DNA of 56,517 bases. Source: Spongospora subterranea f. sp. subterranea. Taxonomy: Eukaryota. The stretch spans positions 1-56,517 of the forward strand of contig JAUGWO010000047.1 of the NCBI GenBank assembly GCA_049724395.1, in the 5' to 3' direction. Positions within the stretch are counted from its first letter, which is position 1; the number at the start of each line of letters is the position of its first letter. This document shows positions 1 through 12,204 of the stretch, one piece after another. The notes under the pieces are model-generated. The model ran no database searches. It was not told the origin of the DNA and was given only the letters and a program-made list of their open reading frames with translations. Both the position numbers and the translations under genes were made by a program.

Positions 1-519
1 GCCTCGTAATACCGGCCACGTTGCTGTCGAGCAGAGTGAATGCCGCTGACCGCCGACAGTAACTGTGCAACGATCGCGGGATCGTTCCAGCCACCTTGGG
101 CAACCATTGGCCGTCCGAATATATCCTTGACCAAGGCCCCGTGTCGATTGATGAGGGGTTCCCCTTTGACGCCGGTTTTGCTGTCGATAAGCAGTTGAAT
201 AGACTCGATCGACATTGACGGGACGAACGGCTCTGGGGGATGATCGACCATGATCAGCAGGCTCTGGTAGTCGCCTACCAGCGAAAACATGTACCGTAAC
301 GCCTTGAAAAACGTTTGGTACTTGAGGAGCGAGTTGACTTTCAGCGGCCTGCTGCCGAGTTTCGTCCGTTTCTCAGAAGAAGTGGTCAACTCCAGCTGTC
401 TGATGGCCAATTCGATGCCCTCGTCAGCGGCCACCTTGATATCGTCGGGAATCTGGTACACAGAGGCGTTCTTTCGGATCGCATGTGACGACGCACCCCC
501 CACAGTTAGTACTGACCAT
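1..519 (-). CDS. 5' part of a spliced ORF running off the window; resembles the N-terminus of Crypton-type (tyrosine recombinase) transposon proteins
   Basis: ATG at 519-517, GTCAGT...AAAG intron at 516-471 (46 nt), then an open frame 470->1 (NASVYQIPDD...RYMFSLVGDYQSLLIM...PSMSIESI...KDIFGRPMVAQGGWNDP...LSAVSGIHSARQQRGRYYE). It is absent from the ORF track because there is no stop in the window. The family call is from recalled motif resemblance; any catalytic YR residues would lie outside the window. Confidence 0.5.
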
Positions 520-800
520 TGCGTCTGGCGAAACCGGCACTGTGGTTCTATCGTGGTTCTATCGTGGATTCACTCGTGGTTTCGGAGTTTCTGCGGGCTT
601 TATATATACCGTAGAACACAGAATATTGCGTCACACAGAATATTCCGTTTTTGACCCCGGATCACAGATATACTCGGTTTTTTAATCAATTTAAACACAA
701 AATTTGCCGATTTTAGAAGAAATTCAGCACACAATAACTCGTCTGTACCCAAGCACAGCTTCGCGGACATTTCGCAACCCTACGGACTCCGTGTCGGCAT

Positions 801-3437
801 ATGTCGGAATTTGAACAATTCAGAACCAATGGGTTTACCCATGGTGGAGCGGTATTCCGTGTTCCAGGTGATTCCAGCAGCGTGCAGAACAATTGCTTGT
901 TCGATTCAGTTCTTGCCTCCGGTCTGATGCCAGAGTGCAGCCCTTCTGAATTCCGAGCAATTGTGATAAAACGCCATTTAGCAGGTCAGCCAGGTCGCGA
1001 GACTGCCAACAAACTCTATTCGCTGTTCGCTCTTGGAACAGAAACAATCGACGATTATCTAAAAACGATGCTTAATACTCCAAAAATGGGGTCAGATTTC
1101 GAAATGGTGCTCATTGCGGTTCAGTTCGGCATCAATGTCGTGTCTTTTTCGAACGCATTGAGTCGTATTCACGTTTTTGATACGGTCGATTTCATTCTAA
1201 ACAAGACCGCTGGGTGTCAAAGTTTGATTCAGCATTTGCCTCCGAACCCCGAGACTGCTTTTGTATACCACCACCAATACCGACGACCTTTGACACCTCG
1301 GCCAAACGCGTCCCTCAACCATTTTCCCGTTAATGTTGACTGTATCGTTTTTTTCATCATCTCAAACTCGTTCTTACGTCAATATTGTTGACACGACGTT
1401 GGATGAGCGCGAGCAAACACGCAAGAGATCTTTTCCCCAGCAAATTTCCAACCAACCGACGAAAAAGGTCACAGTCGAACCAGTTGCGTCCAGTACTAAA
1501 ACACTTGTTCAAACAAAGTTCGCCTGGAATATTAAACCGTTCCAAAAAACGCGTCAACAGTCTAACAAGCCACAAACTCGTGACACAAAACCGAGGCAAT
1601 TTGCGGAGGCGAACGTCCAGTCGATGCGTGAATGGTGTTGCGACCATACCGCAAATCCGCAGGAGAAGCAACGATTGAATCAGATGATCGATGTCGGAAA
1701 AGTACGAGATTCTCATAGACTAAGTGTACTAGAAGCGCTTGGTATTTTTGAAGACTCTGTTGAACTGCACACTGTCATTAGTATTGTCGAAGGAATTGTG
1801 TTAAAATGCGAGTCGAATGCTGGAATCGGCGATATTCTGATACGTCTGAACTGTGTCGGCAGTCTGCAATCATCGTTGTGAAGCGGAGATCGCGAGAATG
1901 GAAGTGGGAGCACCGGGCTATGTCGGTCTTCTTCTATCATCATCCTGAACTTGGCAACGCAAACTTGTCGGTGTCTGCGCGGGCGCTCGGCCTGAACCCC
2001 AGCACACTTAAGAATTGGATCTACTCAAAGGCGCTTTCGCTCAAGTGGGTGCCATTCTTCTCTTCGTTGCAGGCCCCGGCCGTTGTGCGATCAGTGGTTC
2101 TCAAACACTTCTTTAAGTTTTATACTGACGTTACCGATGTCATTCCAAAATCTGTGCTGTCGGGAATAGAGGGATTGTCAAGAGCCCCATTGTCACAGTT
2201 GAAGTTTGGTTTCAACGGTGAAACCATACAAAAGATGGTTGCGGACGCCCGGAGCGGCGAAGTCAAGTTCATGCGCCGCGATGCCTCTCGAGTAGGGGTC
2301 AATGGAAAACTCGGGCGCATGCCCAAGTTTCCAATGGAAGAGCAGTTCGTCGACACATTCATTAGGGAGCGATGGAACAACGGCAATCCCTGTACTTTTG
2401 AACACGTTTTTAATGCTGTTCGGGCGCATTTTATCGGCTCGCTAGTATCGCCGGAGTTCAAGAAAGTAATCGCCAAGTCCAATAACCTCCGTATGTTTAT
2501 AACGCGCGCATTGATTCGATATCGGTGGTCGAATCGCAAAATGACGATATCGCAAACTATGCCGGTTGACTGGAAAACGCGTGCGGAGATTGACGCAGAG
2601 CGAATTTGCAAACTCTTCCGAAGAAAAAAAGTTCAAGTCGAGATAGCTGCAGACGAGACGTTCCTGCAGTTTCATGCGTCAAAAGATCGCTGCATCGCAC
2701 CTGTTGGTGTCAAGCGCACAGGAACGGTCAATCCTTTTGAGAAAGAGAAGTCGACTTTACTGTTGTTGTCGCTGCGGAGCGGCGATCTTCCCAATTGCTG
2801 CCTCATTTCGGGATCATGACTGGCAAATTTGGATGGAGATTTATTTCATGAGTGGAAAAAGTACAAGCAGTCGGTGCTTACTTTTAACAGCACCCACTGG
2901 ATGACCCAGTTAACCGCCGTGATGTTTCTTACGTTCATTGTGGAGTTTTTTCCAGGAAAGACGATCGGGATTGTGTGGGATCGATCTCACACCCATTTCG
3001 GCGATGTTGTTGGTTTTGCAGTACAATATGGAGCACCCTTCTGCGCAACTGACCATCGCCTTCATCGAGGCGGGTATGACGTCCGTCATGCAAGTTTGCG
3101 ACGTCTGTATTGATAAGCCACTCAAGCAGTATATCGAAGCAACGCTTATGGCGAATATCGCGATCAGCGTCTTGCAGGCGAGATAGGGCCGAAATTGCAG
3201 CCCGGCGAAAAATTCAAAGTTCCACGAGAAATCGTGTGGGGCTTTGTTGAACATGCCTTTCAACAGGTTAATCAATCCAATGACACTTCTCGTTGGATTG
3301 CTGATGGGTTCCGCAAATGTGGACAAGATCATTTCTGGTTGGATCGAAGCGCATTCAAAAATCATCTAGATTCATTAAGCGAAAATTCCATCTATGCCAA
3401 GATGGAAGCTGCCGCCAAGACGATGAACCTTCAATAG
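801..3437 (+). mobile_element. Frameshifted pogo/Tigger-like (DDE_1) transposase with N-terminal OTU-like cysteine protease domain
   Basis: Consecutive ORFs: RVPGD...NNCLFDSV and NHF (OTU-like); HTH-like ARALGLNPSTLKNW; CENP-B-like region; IAADETFLQF (D1); IVWDRSHTH (D2); GMTSVMQVCDVCIDKPLK (D3); IADGFRKCG. Several frameshifts and one stop near 3184. Confidence 0.75.
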
Positions 3438-4559
3438 GCAAGATGACCTGCTAAATGCTACTTCCTTCACTGAACTCCTCCCCCGATTTGCACCCTTAAC
3501 TAAAAGATACACTGTACAATTTCGATTTTTCCTACTTGTCAATCCCTCCCCCAGAATGAATGAGAAAAAATCGACAAAACACAGAATTCACAACTTTTTT
3601 AACCCCCCCTCCCCCCTTCCCAGAATGAATGAGATAAAACACAAAACACAGAATGCACGGTTTTTTCGATAGTAACACACAACCGCGTTTTGATTGGGGA
3701 TATAGATGCTGAGCGACATCGCGTCTGCGGCTGCGACCGATCTCAACCCAGACTCCTATTCCGGCATCGGAAAGATTCCATGTGGGTCTACATGAAAACG
3801 GAGACAAGGATCGAACGTGTCGAGGCATTGGCCTTGGTGTGTCGCCTTTCGCTGGACCTTTACGACTGGTTACCAATGGCAGAATTTGGCAGGTCTATCG
3901 CGTCGATCTCGTGAATAATAGCTCGTAGTTTTTAGTTGATCTGGGTCCAGCACAAGAAAATTATATATATTTTAATCACGTGTTGATAGAGAGACGTCTG
4001 TCGCAATACACATCCGCGACCTATGCAGCCCTGAGCAACACTAAAGTGGGCCTGGGCGTTCATTGATGGAATCGTCAATACATCTGCAGGCCCAGTCCTA
4101 GATGTTCTGGCCAAATTCTACACAAAATCTGCAACGTTAGTCTACAATGGGCATCCTGGCAAAAAAAAAATGGAACTACCAAAGAATAACAACTCCTGAT
4201 GGCCAGTTTGGCAGTACTTTTAACCCAATTGAAGGCAGGCGTCACGATATTACAATTCTGTCCATGAGGGGATTAATGGACATGCCTAAGGTTCTTGCAT
4301 TTGGTGAGTACGACCATTTTCCGCAAGACATTATCATCTCAAACAAACCACTGCTTCATGACGCATCCTAATTCAGTAAATCACACGGCAATGCATTATG
4401 ACGGCTGGAAGGTGGCCAAACGCCAACTAAATTATGCTAAACGGTGGCGATTGGCATTGGTAATGGCTTATCTTGTAAATAAATACACAGATGACTATTA
4501 ATGACGTAAATATCACACATGGAATGATCTATAAAAATGGCGTCGTTCCTTTACCAATA

Positions 4560-4823
4560 AGCAACACCCCGATAAGGATACGACGGAATGATCACAAAGC
4601 TGATCTATGAATTTCATTCGACACCGAACGTTAAAATATCCATGATTTGAAAATCAATGGTAGATGGTGTACAAATCAGGAGATTTAGCAACACCCCGAT
4701 AAGGACACGATGGAATGATCACAATCTGGGGCAAAACTGATCTATGAACTTCATCCGACACCGAACGTTGTAATATCCATCACGAACATCAATGGTAGAT
4801 GGTGTACAAATCAGGAGGTTTAG
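4560..4823. repeat. Two-copy tandem duplication (~130 bp)
   Basis: GCAACACCCCGATAAGGA...GGTAGATGGTGTACAAATCAGGAG occurs twice back to back, with substitutions and small indels. Confidence 0.9.
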
Positions 4824-5506
4824 ACCGATCAGGAGTGCTGTGTTTACTGTATGTTTGATTTTTTCGGGGGATTGGTGGAACCGCTGCCGAACAAACAATA
4901 GTTGGTTATCATGATCAAGATAACACTTGCAAGTGTCCCATCTAACCCGACAGTCTATCGTGTATCAGATCAAACTGAAATCAGTTTCTTTTTTTTTATC
5001 GAAACGACATTCCGTTTTGACAGCGCTGGTGAGGTCTAGATTATCGTTTGGCGGTTAATTGTATTCGCGTGGGTGAAGGTCGTGGGCATCGTCAGGGGCA
5101 ACCATATCATGAACAGCATCCAAAGCCAGAGGAAACAACCAATGATAAACTCTGTGGCAGTGGAGGCGACGACTCGAACCTGGAGCGCCACCACCAACCA
5201 CCAATTTGCACGACTATTCGTCCACTGAATATATCGCTCAAGCAAAATGCCGAATCCAGCAGCACAACAATGCGTCGTGATTCCAATTTCTTTCAAGTTA
5301 CCACGTCCCCATCGACGCCGTTTTTGAGGTCCAAACGTTCGAGGTCAAGAGCTTTTCATGCTGAGGAGCTCGAGACATGTACTGCTACTCTTGAGGAACC
5401 GTCAACTTCATCTACCACAGGCATGACCCGAAACATACAACAGATGCTTTCAAGAAATTCGGTATAAAAGCAACCTGCGAATTCGATGCAGTTTGATTTA
5501 TGATTG

Positions 5507-5602
5507 TCTAACCATTGGAGTGACAATCTGAATCAAGCGTTGCACTATATGAGAAAGAGACCGGGAAAGGATGCAATCTTAGAAAGCCTCTTATTTTATC
5601 TA
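5507..5602. repeat. ~95-bp dispersed repeat, probable LTR remnant (copy 1)
   Basis: Direct match to 12103-12199 (TTGGAGTGACAAT...ATCAAGCGTTG...GAGACCGGGAAAG...ATGCAATCTTAGAA). Confidence 0.7.
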
Positions 5603-7388
5603 CTACCTCCGTTCGGAAATAGTTGGCCGGTACGCACTGTTTGTTTGTTCCAAAATAGCTGACCGGTTGCACTTTCACCCTTTGAAATCAACAGGATTTG
5701 AGTAGATTTGAGCAAAGTTATTTCACATTTGCAGTTTATTCAATAGCTGAGCCATCTCATCATCCACGATGATCATCTTCGCATTCGCGACCGATTCCAC
5801 GGAACAAGGAAGTGCAATTGGGAGCTGTCCTGCCCTTTGTAACTTCTCTTTCCCTATGTGCTGGATTTTGAATCTGTTGCCGCCATCATCGTCCACGCAG
5901 GACTGCAGCACTGTATGTAGTGTCAAAAAATTCGAATTGATTTTGTCAGGGTCCAGTTCGTCAAACGACTTCAACATTGACGTGATCAACTCATCCAAAT
6001 TCGCAGTTGATTTTTTGTTGCTGCAGTGACTGGATTGCACTAAAAAACCCAAGATCCAAAATGTTGATATCCGGACTATTGGGGGGTTGACAGAACAAAT
6101 TTATCTTGTATCCACCCTCTTTGGCTGCTGCAAGAAAAGGATCATGATGTGGCCGAATATGGGGTCTTGCATTATCTTGTTGGATTATTATTGGTATGTC
6201 ATTTCAAAACTTGGATTTGATTGCGGGCAAAACCTTGCTTATCAGCATCTCCGCGTAAACCTCCTGGTCAACGGTTACCACCGAAGTGACAGGTGCTCCC
6301 TTCACCCTGTTTTTACTGGACCGTTTTGCAGGTTCCGAAGTTACGAACGGCCACATTCCGATTTTGCCGTTAAAAAATGCCTTTGAAGTTCTCGTCAAAA
6401 CGTGGTCTCGCTATTGCGGCAAGAAACATTCTCTTCCGATAACCTTTTTGCACTTACATGCTCGATAAGGCTCTTCTTCGTCGTTTGTTAGGTTAAATGT
6501 GTTATTTACTTGTGTGAGATTAAACCACTTTTCGTCAATGTGCACATTGTCAAACATCGGTTTGAATTTCGGCGAGATCGGCATAGAATCCTGGTCCATC
6601 ATTGATAAACTAAACTTGAGGCGAAAAATTTTGTTGCTTTCCGTAAGTACTGGCTTGACAGAGTTTGAATGGCGACGAATGCTGTCATTTTTTAGATTGA
6701 GATGTAAAGTTGTAGTAAAAATGCCTGTAGCCGCTAATAGACTTCGCGAAGTCCCTCTTGACTTCAAAGGAACTGCACTTACAGTTGAAGAGATGTCGGC
6801 ATACTTGCTTTTACGCCAGCATCGTTTTTTTAAAGAATTAACATCCGCTGTAATCGCTCCAGAGATTGATGAAGATGTTGCACGCTTCCAAATACGGCTT
6901 GCTGTCTTCCAATACACGCCATTCTTGTCCAACTTTGGTGAAAGCACCTTTCTTTGGTCTTCCGTTGTCATCCAGCATCGTCAGGAGCCGTTCATAATTC
7001 CTCTGCGTTGGTCGGCACCAAGCTCTTTCGACTTGACCATTTCGCGTCAATGGCTGCTGCTCTTGGTTTGTAAAGATTACCGAATCGAATGTTAGGAATT
7101 TGCACGAAACACATGACTTCATGAGGACCGTGTCGTGCACCAAAGGGATCGTGTAAAGCAGAGCAATGACGGGTCGTATTCGTAGGGCGTCGCTCATTTC
7201 TATTGAACGTGGGTTTTGAACGAATTATCAGGAGACCTACATATGGCGACGAGACATCTCAGACACCATTTACGATGTGCGCTAACTTCTTAACAGTAAT
7301 CGACAGATTTATTCTCTTAAATACTACAACAAAAAAGGAGCTTAATCGGGTAAAAACGAAGCGGACTGGCCAACTGTTTCCGAACGGA
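5603..7388 (-). mobile_element. DD39D (plant-type/Stowaway-related) mariner transposon, frameshifted
   Basis: Left TIR CTACCTCCGTTCGGAAATAGTTGGCC follows TA; right TIR GGCCAACTGTTTCCGAACGGA. Transposase pieces 7040->5723: HIDEKWF, GKIGMWPF, QQDNARPH...QPPNSPDINILDLGF, with 39 residues between D2 and D3. Confidence 0.92.
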
Positions 7389-10140
7389 TCCCTACGGTCA
7401 GTTATCGCAGGGAAGACCGTGAATTTTGAAAACTTCAGCGAACACAAGTTTGGACAGCTGCAGACTGCGTGATCGTTTCGTGGCAAGGGATGAAATGTGC
7501 CATTTTAGTGCATCGATCGACAACCACCAGAACACTGTCAAAACCCACTGAACGAGGAAAGCTTTACTATGAAATCCATGGAAATTGATGACCATGGTTG
7601 TGCGGAAATTCGTAAGGGGGGCAACAGTCCAGCAGGTTTGCGACGTGGAATCTTCGAGCGAGCGCAAACGTCGTCAGAATGAACAAATAATTTGACCATT
7701 TTCCGCATGCCAGACCATGTGTAAATTCGTGCAACCAAATCAAACGTTTTGTTGATACCAGAATGGCCTGCTAATGGGAAATCATGACATGAGGAAAGAA
7801 TAGCCAAACGACGAGGAATATCAACAACCAATCTTGTTGGCACTTTGAGTCATAGAATTGACAAAGCGTGAACTGGGCAGCACGGGTTGATGTAGAAACG
7901 GCCTCAAAAACAAATCAGGGCGGCGAGATAACGCATCTGGCTTCTGCCAACACGGTGACGGATTACGAAATTGAATTAAGACAAAAATATTGACCATCGG
8001 GCTTGACGACAATTCGTAACAGTTTTGTTTTCATAAACCATTTTAGACTTTTGTGGTCGCTCAAAACAAGCATTGGGGACATAGCGCCATCCAAGAAATG
8101 GCGCCACGTCTGCAAAGATGTCACAACTGACATCAGCTCCTTGCCATAAATTTCGTAATTCAGTTCGGCAGGAGTGAATTTGCGTGAAAACACGCAACAA
8201 GATGTGATCCATTCGGGTGGGTGTGAGATAAAATAGCGCTAAGGGCGTAATCAGATGCATCTGCTTCAACAATAATGTCTAAAGTAGGCGCAAAATGTCG
8301 TAAACAGGCGCCCAAACAAAAGCCGACTTCAGGTCCTGAAATGCAGCATCGGTACTGGAAGTCCACCTGTAAGGGGTATCTTTCTTGGATATTAAAAACA
8401 GACAGTTGGTGATTTGAGAGTAATTGGCGATGAATCCACGGTCGAAGTTGGAAAAATTTTAAGAACGACTGAAGTTCCTTGACTGATATGGGAATCGGCC
8501 ATGACAGGATGGGTGAAATACGCTCTGGGTCCATCAGCAACCCCCGAGATGACAAGCGGAACCTCACAAAATCAATGTCAATAACGGGAAAGTCACATTT
8601 GCTAGGTTTGGCAAAACGGTTGTGCTTGCGAAAATCGTGAGAACCGTTTGAACGTGTTGAACATGTTCATCGATATTTGAGGAGAAAATCAAGATGTCGT
8701 CTAAGTACACAACAACGAAACGATCGATGCAATCGTGCAGAATATCGTTCATGAATCTTTGAAGAAACTCGGGCGCGTTGGCCTGCCCAAAAGACATCAT
8801 AGATACTCAAACAGACCAAATTTTGTCCGAAAGGTTGTTTTCCATTCATCGCCTTCCATGATGCGAACAAGATCGTATGCCCTTTGAAGATCTAACTTAG
8901 AAAACACCCTTCCAGAATTAACACTATACAGAATGGCGCTGATACAGGGAAGAGGGTACAGATTTTTAATAGATTGAGTTGAGTCGCCGATAATCAACAC
9001 AAAAAGCAAGAGATTTGTCCTTTTTTCGACAAACATGACGGGCGAGCTGCAAGACGAAGATGATGGACGAATGAATCCCTTATGCAAATTATCATCAATG
9101 TACTCGCGCAGAGCGGCGGTTTCAAGAATGGACAGCTGATAAATTGGGCCGAACGGAGGCAGAGACCTAGGTTCCAGATCGATCGAGCAATACAAGGGGC
9201 GATGTGGCAGGAGTGAATCTGTTTTCTTGTCGTCGACAACGTCGGAAAATTGGAAACATGCATAAGAATGAATAGAGGCGGATTAGATGGAGGGTACAGA
9301 TGAAGGGATGAGGGCTGTCTCTGAGGTGTCGGCGGTCTGTGTCCCGAGTGAATGCATTACACTCGGAAACCGAAGGGAGCGGGATAACCAATCCACAGTT
9401 GGATTGTACTTCATCAACAACGAATAGCCCAGAAGAATATGGAATGTTAAGTTGTTGACAATGTGCAAAGAAGTGTTGCAGGAAAACCCATCCACTTGCA
9501 GACGGATGGTGTCCAATTCTTTATCAATCACAGCCTTGTGTCGGTTGAAACAAGAGACTGTTATTGACGTGTGAGCAGGTTGGATAGGTATATTGTGTTT
9601 GGCAGCGAATGCGGCGTCCATCAAATTCGTGCGAGCCCAACTTTACAATAACAGATCAATACCACAGTGGATCACAACTCCGCCTTGAGACAAAACGGAA
9701 AACGGAAATGTACAAGCCGACGCGAACCGAGTGTAATTCAAATTGGAAGCGCTGTATTCGTCTTTGCGAGCTATCGCAGGACATTGCTCAATCGGGTGAG
9801 AGCCTCCGCAATACGAACACAGCCCCAGCCGTCGTCGACGACCTTTCTCTTCGTCAGAGAGGGGGCCACGAGGTCGGCTTCGCGACAGTTTCGAATCGGT
9901 AGTGGGAATGGGAAACTGTGGAACGACCGAGAGATGAGGATGAGTAGTGGGTACCCGAAACGATTCCATCTTCGAATGAGAAGACGCTGTTGCAAACATG
10001 ATTTGATCCAACGACTGGAAAGGGTTGCCTGTGCCCTCTGCCAACATCAGCATGCGCTGCAGGTCGAGCGGCAAGTCCAGCCGAAAATGGTAAACCAATG
10101 TCGACAGAGTCCAGTCCACATCCTGAGTTAACAGACGGAA
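7389..10140 (-). mobile_element. Degenerate Ty3/Gypsy retrotransposon (gag-PR-RT-RH-INT, 3' truncated)
   Basis: CSYCGGSHPIEQC zinc knuckle; PFGPIYQLS; EWKTTFRTKFGLFEY; YLDDILIFS; VEADASDYA; NYEIYGKEL; GHSGINKT...PWSSISMDFI. Many frameshifts. Confidence 0.93.
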
Positions 10141-10606
10141 ACCAACTGCTGTTGGCGCATTGTCAGGTTACGTAAAGCGTTGGCCGCCTTGTTTGATCGT
10201 TCGGGATCGTCGAAAGCCGCCGCGATCGCGATCCAGAATTGAGGCAGGTCGGCGAGGACGCCACTGGCCGACCCATACATTTGGGCGAGCCAGGCTCCCG
10301 GTTAGCAGTGAGCATACCAAAGCAACGCGATGCAGATTGGAGGAATAGGTGAGGGTTGAGCGGCCAGGGAATGTTGCACTTGACCCAACCAGTGCCGAAA
10401 CACAGTTCAAAACTTTCCGGAAGTCCAAAACCAAAATCGGGGTTTTTTATCACTGTGAACAAGATGGCGTAGTTCGTTTTTGGTGAGCCACGATACTCGA
10501 CCTGGTCTACATCAATCACAAATTCAGATAAACACATATACCTGTCACCTGTGGCGTTCAGAACAAACAATGACGTCCTTTGAACCAATATGTAGCAAGG
10601 GGTTTA

Positions 10607-10972
10607 TTATGATTGAATCAAAAACTGATGTTTCTCAAACCAGGAATCAACTTCAAGAATAAGTTTCCAGACAGACCCAGAAACTGGATAAGAAAGATGT
10701 TTGCCAAATAACGCTGTTTCCCATTTTTGTTTAAGCCCAATAAAATTTTCCCGGTTGCTACCTGTTAATTCTGATTGAAATTTTTTAACTACAACCTCGG
10801 CACCATTCGAATAACTTAGTTTCCGGGCGAGTCGGTTTTCCGCCACAAAAACAGAAGGAGGGTGAAGAATAAGACTTTTCTCCAAATAATCAGCTTGGTC
10901 AAGATACACAGCGAGACTGGTTTGCTCGTTTCTGGACCATTTGTAGATATGTCGTTGTAAATAATCTTCCAT
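10607..10972 (-). CDS. Hypothetical 121-aa protein (MEDYLQRHIY...)
   Basis: Uninterrupted ORF from an AAAATG start, 22 nt downstream of the neighbouring ORF; no recognised domain. Confidence 0.45.
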   Translation of the reverse strand: MEDYLQRHIYKWSRNEQTSLAVYLDQADYLEKSLILHPPSVFVAENRLARKLSYSNGAEVVVKKFQSELTGSNRENFIGLKQKWETALFGKHLSYPVSGSVWKLILEVDSWFEKHQFLIQS

Positions 10973-10994
10973 TTTCGAATATAAAGAGAGTAGC

Positions 10995-11417
10995 TCATTC
11001 GAACTTTGCCTTATAGGCGGAGAAATAGTTCTGTTCCGCTTCCAGGACCATGTTAACGTACTTATTTCCACCTGGAATCCTCTTCCCACCGTATATTCTA
11101 TTCCATTCTCTGAGCTGATTTTTAAAGGCTGCGCATTGTTCTTCTGTCGGAGGAGTAGTAATATACAGGTTAATTTTGCGAGTCAAATCTTCAGTTGCCC
11201 TGACGAACTGTGATTCGGATTTGTAGACGAAATAAACGATGATACAAAGCAAAATGAGTACACCGACGATTACACCAACGACATTGCGCCAAACGCGACG
11301 ACTTCTTTTGACAGCATTGGGAGATTCCTGAATATATGGTGACTGCATCATATTCATAGGATAATGGATTGGAGTGGGAACAGAAGTTTGCCAGTTGACC
11401 ACTGGCGAAGAATTCAT
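10995..11417 (-). CDS. Hypothetical 140-aa single-pass membrane protein
   Basis: ATG at 11417; basic KRSRRVWRN followed by hydrophobic VVGVIVGVLILLCIIVYFVY; intact ORF. Confidence 0.55.
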   Translation of the reverse strand: MNSSPVVNWQTSVPTPIHYPMNMMQSPYIQESPNAVKRSRRVWRNVVGVIVGVLILLCIIVYFVYKSESQFVRATEDLTRKINLYITTPPTEEQCAAFKNQLREWNRIYGGKRIPGGNKYVNMVLEAEQNYFSAYKAKFE

Positions 11418-12102
11418 GATTATTTGATAGATTAGGTGAACTTCTGACAGATAACAAAGTGGGAACCGCAGCCAAACCAAATTTTGGTGGTTGGACTATG
11501 ACAATTCGCAATGCCGTGCCGTGACCTGTACTTACTGCGTATCCTCGATTCCCCTTATCCCCTATTCCCAACTCCAAGCGCCACCGGCAATGGTACTGTA
11601 GATATTGTTCTGGCCATCGGTGGCGGCCTATTTGATTGAAGAGGTGGCGGCGTTGGCCGGTCGGTGTTGCCATGGGTCGAGCGTCGGAGGGCTCTGGGCG
11701 GCCAAATCGTCTCCGGCGTTGGTCGGGGGTTCCTCGGTCGCTGTGACCTTCTTCTTGTGCTTTTGACCCCTCCTGTTGGTCACCACTGTCCAGGCGCCAG
11801 GATTGCCTTGTTCGTGGTTCGTCTCCGTGATCTCTCTGATGAAGTAAACAGAGGGATTCATCATGAAACCTAAGCAGATGACAAGAACCAGAAACCGAGA
11901 GAAGAACGTATATCGTTGGCTGTGGCCTGTTGGGTCATTAAAAAAATTAATTACAAATCCTAACTTGAATCTAAAATAGTTGATTCTCTTTAAAGGCAAT
12001 TCCCAGTACCACTTATTAGATCCGCACTTTCCCACACGACAACCAGCAACAGATATCGTATTGCCCGAACTGTCAGGATCCCATCTAATGACCCCATCTT
12101 AA

Positions 12103-12199
12103 TGTAACGATTGGAGTGACAATATGTATCAAGCGTTGAGACAATATGAGACAGAGACCGGGAAAGATGCAATCTTAGAAGCCTTTTATTGTATCTCTA
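12103..12199. repeat. ~95-bp dispersed repeat, probable 3' LTR remnant of the adjacent Copia (copy 2)
   Basis: On the minus strand it contains AATAAA and ends ...GTTACA, just downstream of the Copia RNase H; matches 5507-5602. Confidence 0.6.
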
Positions 12200-12204
12200 T
12201 AAAA

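Noticed and set aside
289..654. 121-aa plus-strand ORF
   Set aside because: Antisense shadow of the spliced minus-strand ORF at 1-519.
3690..4500. Kinase- or effector-like gene relic
   Set aside because: Only vague fragments; no diagnostic motif could be confirmed.
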